A DNA stretch of 64,000 nt from Negaprion brevirostris. Taxonomy: Eukaryota. Both the position numbers and the translations under genes were made by a program. The stretch covers positions 63,478,500-63,542,499 of the forward strand of contig JARDVH010000097.1 in assembly GCA_030324005.1 (NCBI GenBank). The letters run 5' to 3'. The notes below the pieces were generated by a model. It saw only the letters and a program-made list of their open reading frames with translations, was not told where the DNA came from and searched no databases. This document shows, piece after piece, positions 61,996 through 64,000 of this stretch (its first letter is position 1; each line of letters starts with the position of its first letter).

Positions 61996-62112
61996 GGCTG
62001 GAATTTTACCAGCACGCCTGCCCCGATTCCAAGGCTCGCAGAGTGGTATTCTCCATTGGCCTTGTGTGGGATCCTACAAGCCTCAGGTGGGCAAGGTAGT
62101 AAAATTCTGGCC
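61996..62112. mobile_element. MITE, Harbinger-like termini
   Basis: ggctggaattttac ... gtaaaattctggcc. Confidence 0.75.
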
Positions 62113-62917
62113 TATGTCTTCATTCCTTTCAGATACTGATGGACCTGCTGTAGGCTTCCAGAATCTTCTGTGTTCTAATTTCAGATTCTCACAATTTTCT
62201 TTTCCTTTTTAACTTTGCAGTTACATTGTAGTTTGTCCGAGTGAAACAGCAGGAACCACAGACCAGCTGATCCCTTTATTCTGGGTGTTGTCACACTTCA
62301 GAGGAATTGGCAGTAGTTAGTCTGCAGGTTGAGAACGTCATAGAGAGTCACCTCAGTCACTGTGTGTCATTTAATGAGGATACAAGTGAACTGCACTTGT
62401 CAGTGAAAAGCAGCAATTTAGCAATACAAAACATTAGAATAATAGAATCCAGTTTACTTCACTTCATATTTTCTGTTGAGTTGGAGCCAGATAACTGGTG
62501 CGAGAGATTTCTAATGCAAATCTCTGAGGGACTCATGTGGTGTATCCTTTAAAATCATTGCTTGTAATGGCAGTTCAGAATTCTGAGAGTAAAATTTGAT
62601 GCTTATTGCCATGGTGAAAACTCTATTGTGATATAAGCACCAATTTAATTGTGTTCCAGCAAAATCATTTGAATGGAAAGCTTTTAGAAAAATAAAAATA
62701 TTTTTTGAAGTTTGGAATTCAGTACCAAATATGAAATTCCATTGAGTGTGAAAGCAGGATTAGCAGGATAAATATGTAGGGTTATGGGGATAGGGTCTGG
62801 GTGGGTCTGTTGTTGGTGCAATGGACTGAATGGCCTCCTTCTGCACTGTAGGGATTCTATGTAACTATTTACTCTGCGGTTGTAATAAACATTAATTATT
62901 ATATAAATACAAATTAC

Positions 62918-63040
62918 TGCAGCTGCTGGAATCTGACACAAAAACAGAAAATGCTGGAAAATGTCAGCAGGTCTGACAGCATCTATGGAGAGAGAATAGA
63001 GCCAACATTTCAAGTCAGGATTACTCTTTGTTAGAGCTCC
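62918..63040 (-). mobile_element. PLE-type terminal repeat (second family) just upstream of the exon acceptor
   Basis: gctggaatctga..aaaacagaaaatgctggaaaatgtcagcaggtctgacagcatct, related to 30895-30970 and the reverse complement of 62125-62190. Confidence 0.55.
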
Positions 63041-63076
63041 ATTAATCATTAATCATTGCTGTGCTTTGGGTTTCAG

Positions 63077-63352
63077 AGTGTTCCACAGTTACCGTGTGCC
63101 AAGGCTCTCTATAACTATGAAGGGAAGGAACCTGGTGATCTCAGATTCTGCAAAGGGGACCTCATCATTCTGCGACGGAAGGTGGATGAGAACTGGTATC
63201 ATGGCGAGCTGAATGGTACCCATGGCTTTTTCCCAGCTAGTTATATTCAATGCATCAAGCCTCTTCCACAGCCACCTCCTCAGGGCAAAGCACTTTATGA
63301 CTTTGAAGTAAAGGATAAAGAACAAGACAAGGACTGTCTGACTTTCTCAAAG
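63077..63352 (+). CDS. SH3RF3: Internal coding exon of SH3 domain-containing RING finger E3 ligase (POSH2/SH3RF3-like): SH3 domain 1 plus start of SH3 domain 2
   Basis: Acceptor tttcag ends at 63076, donor AAG|gtaaaa follows 63352; 276 nt, 92 codons, phase 0/0. Translation [92 protein letters not shown] has ALYxY/WY.G/G.FP SH3 motifs. [23 protein letters not shown] and QDKDCLTF favour SH3RF3 over SH3RF1 as I recall the two proteins (family ~0.97, paralog ~0.8). Confidence 0.9.
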
Positions 63353-64000
63353 GTAAAATAATTATTGTACAGATGTACCAAACATTTGTTTTTAAGCTAG
63401 ACATGTTTTACATTTACTCAGTGCTTTATCATAAATTCAGCTGCAGAGTATCTCAACCCTTAGAGTTATTGGAGAGCACTATAACCAAAGACAATCTAAC
63501 ACTAGTGTGGTATGGCTCTAGCAGGTTCTTGTATTCCTTCAAAAGCTAGATAGATGCTTGTCCTCTTGTGTTTTACAGAAATTTTGGTAGTGGTAAAACG
63601 ATTCAGCAAATATCATTCAGTCTATCTAACCTCCCCCCATGTTATATGATCCGCTCACCAGCATGTAGCCCCAAGCCAGTATTTGCTGACCAGTGCAGAC
63701 CTTCCTCTGACACTGGGAAAGTCTGCAGGGAGATGATCAAAATTATATAAACAACTTTGCAATACCTGTGCATGTTTGGTTATTTTTGAGTTGCCACTAG
63801 TGCTGCAAAATAAGTAATGTAAGCTGGGAAAACGTACAACACTGCCAACGTTTACACATGGAGGAACCGGTTTTGAATGCGATATCAGTTTATGCTGAAA
63901 TTCAAGGACAAGCTTAGAGTTAAGCTAGCTGTAGTATTCAGGCAGACTCAGGCCCAACGTGACTAACGATTGTCAAGCTAAACAGGTTAATATAATACAC

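Larger units (their letters stand above)
1..63076 (+). other. Very long intron (>63 kb) between the RING-encoding exon and the SH3-1 exon
   Basis: No RING-finger or other host exon recognisable upstream of 63077; sequence is TE-dense. An exon hidden in an N-gap cannot be excluded. Confidence 0.7.

Noticed and set aside
63000-63040. Active hammerhead next to the exon acceptor
   Set aside because: The minus strand reads ctaacaa...gaaatgtt; the core is too degenerate to call.
63056-63076. Start codon for the SH3 ORF
   Set aside because: The ORF-track start is a TTG in intronic sequence upstream of the AG acceptor; this is an internal exon.

Overview
Vertebrate genomic DNA with about 16 N-gaps; the repeat content (HE1-like tRNA SINEs, CR1 LINEs, DeuSINE-like elements) points to a shark. 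Only one host exon is recognisable: a 276-nt phase-0 exon at 63077-63352 (+) encoding the first SH3 domain and the start of the second of a POSH-family RING E3 ligase, best matching SH3RF3. The preceding ~63 kb is therefore most likely one very long intron, with the RING exon upstream of the window. It is filled with decayed mobile elements: CR1, L2, Rex1-like and Tx1-like LINEs, Penelope-like elements (PLEs), several SINE families, Harbinger-like MITEs and larger GC-rich DNA elements, and a hAT/Charlie-like element. Observations most worth a second look: (i) a juxtaposed 3'/5' splice site (cagAG|gtaagc) at ~51360 in non-repetitive intron sequence, a candidate recursive splice site or microexon; (ii) decayed minimal hammerhead ribozymes in PLE termini; (iii) two intron-containing Harbinger Myb/SANT gene relics alongside a MITE family and a recurring 9-bp palindrome. 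I found no intact novel protein-coding system. All family assignments are by eye from remembered motifs, not database searches, and repeat boundaries are approximate.
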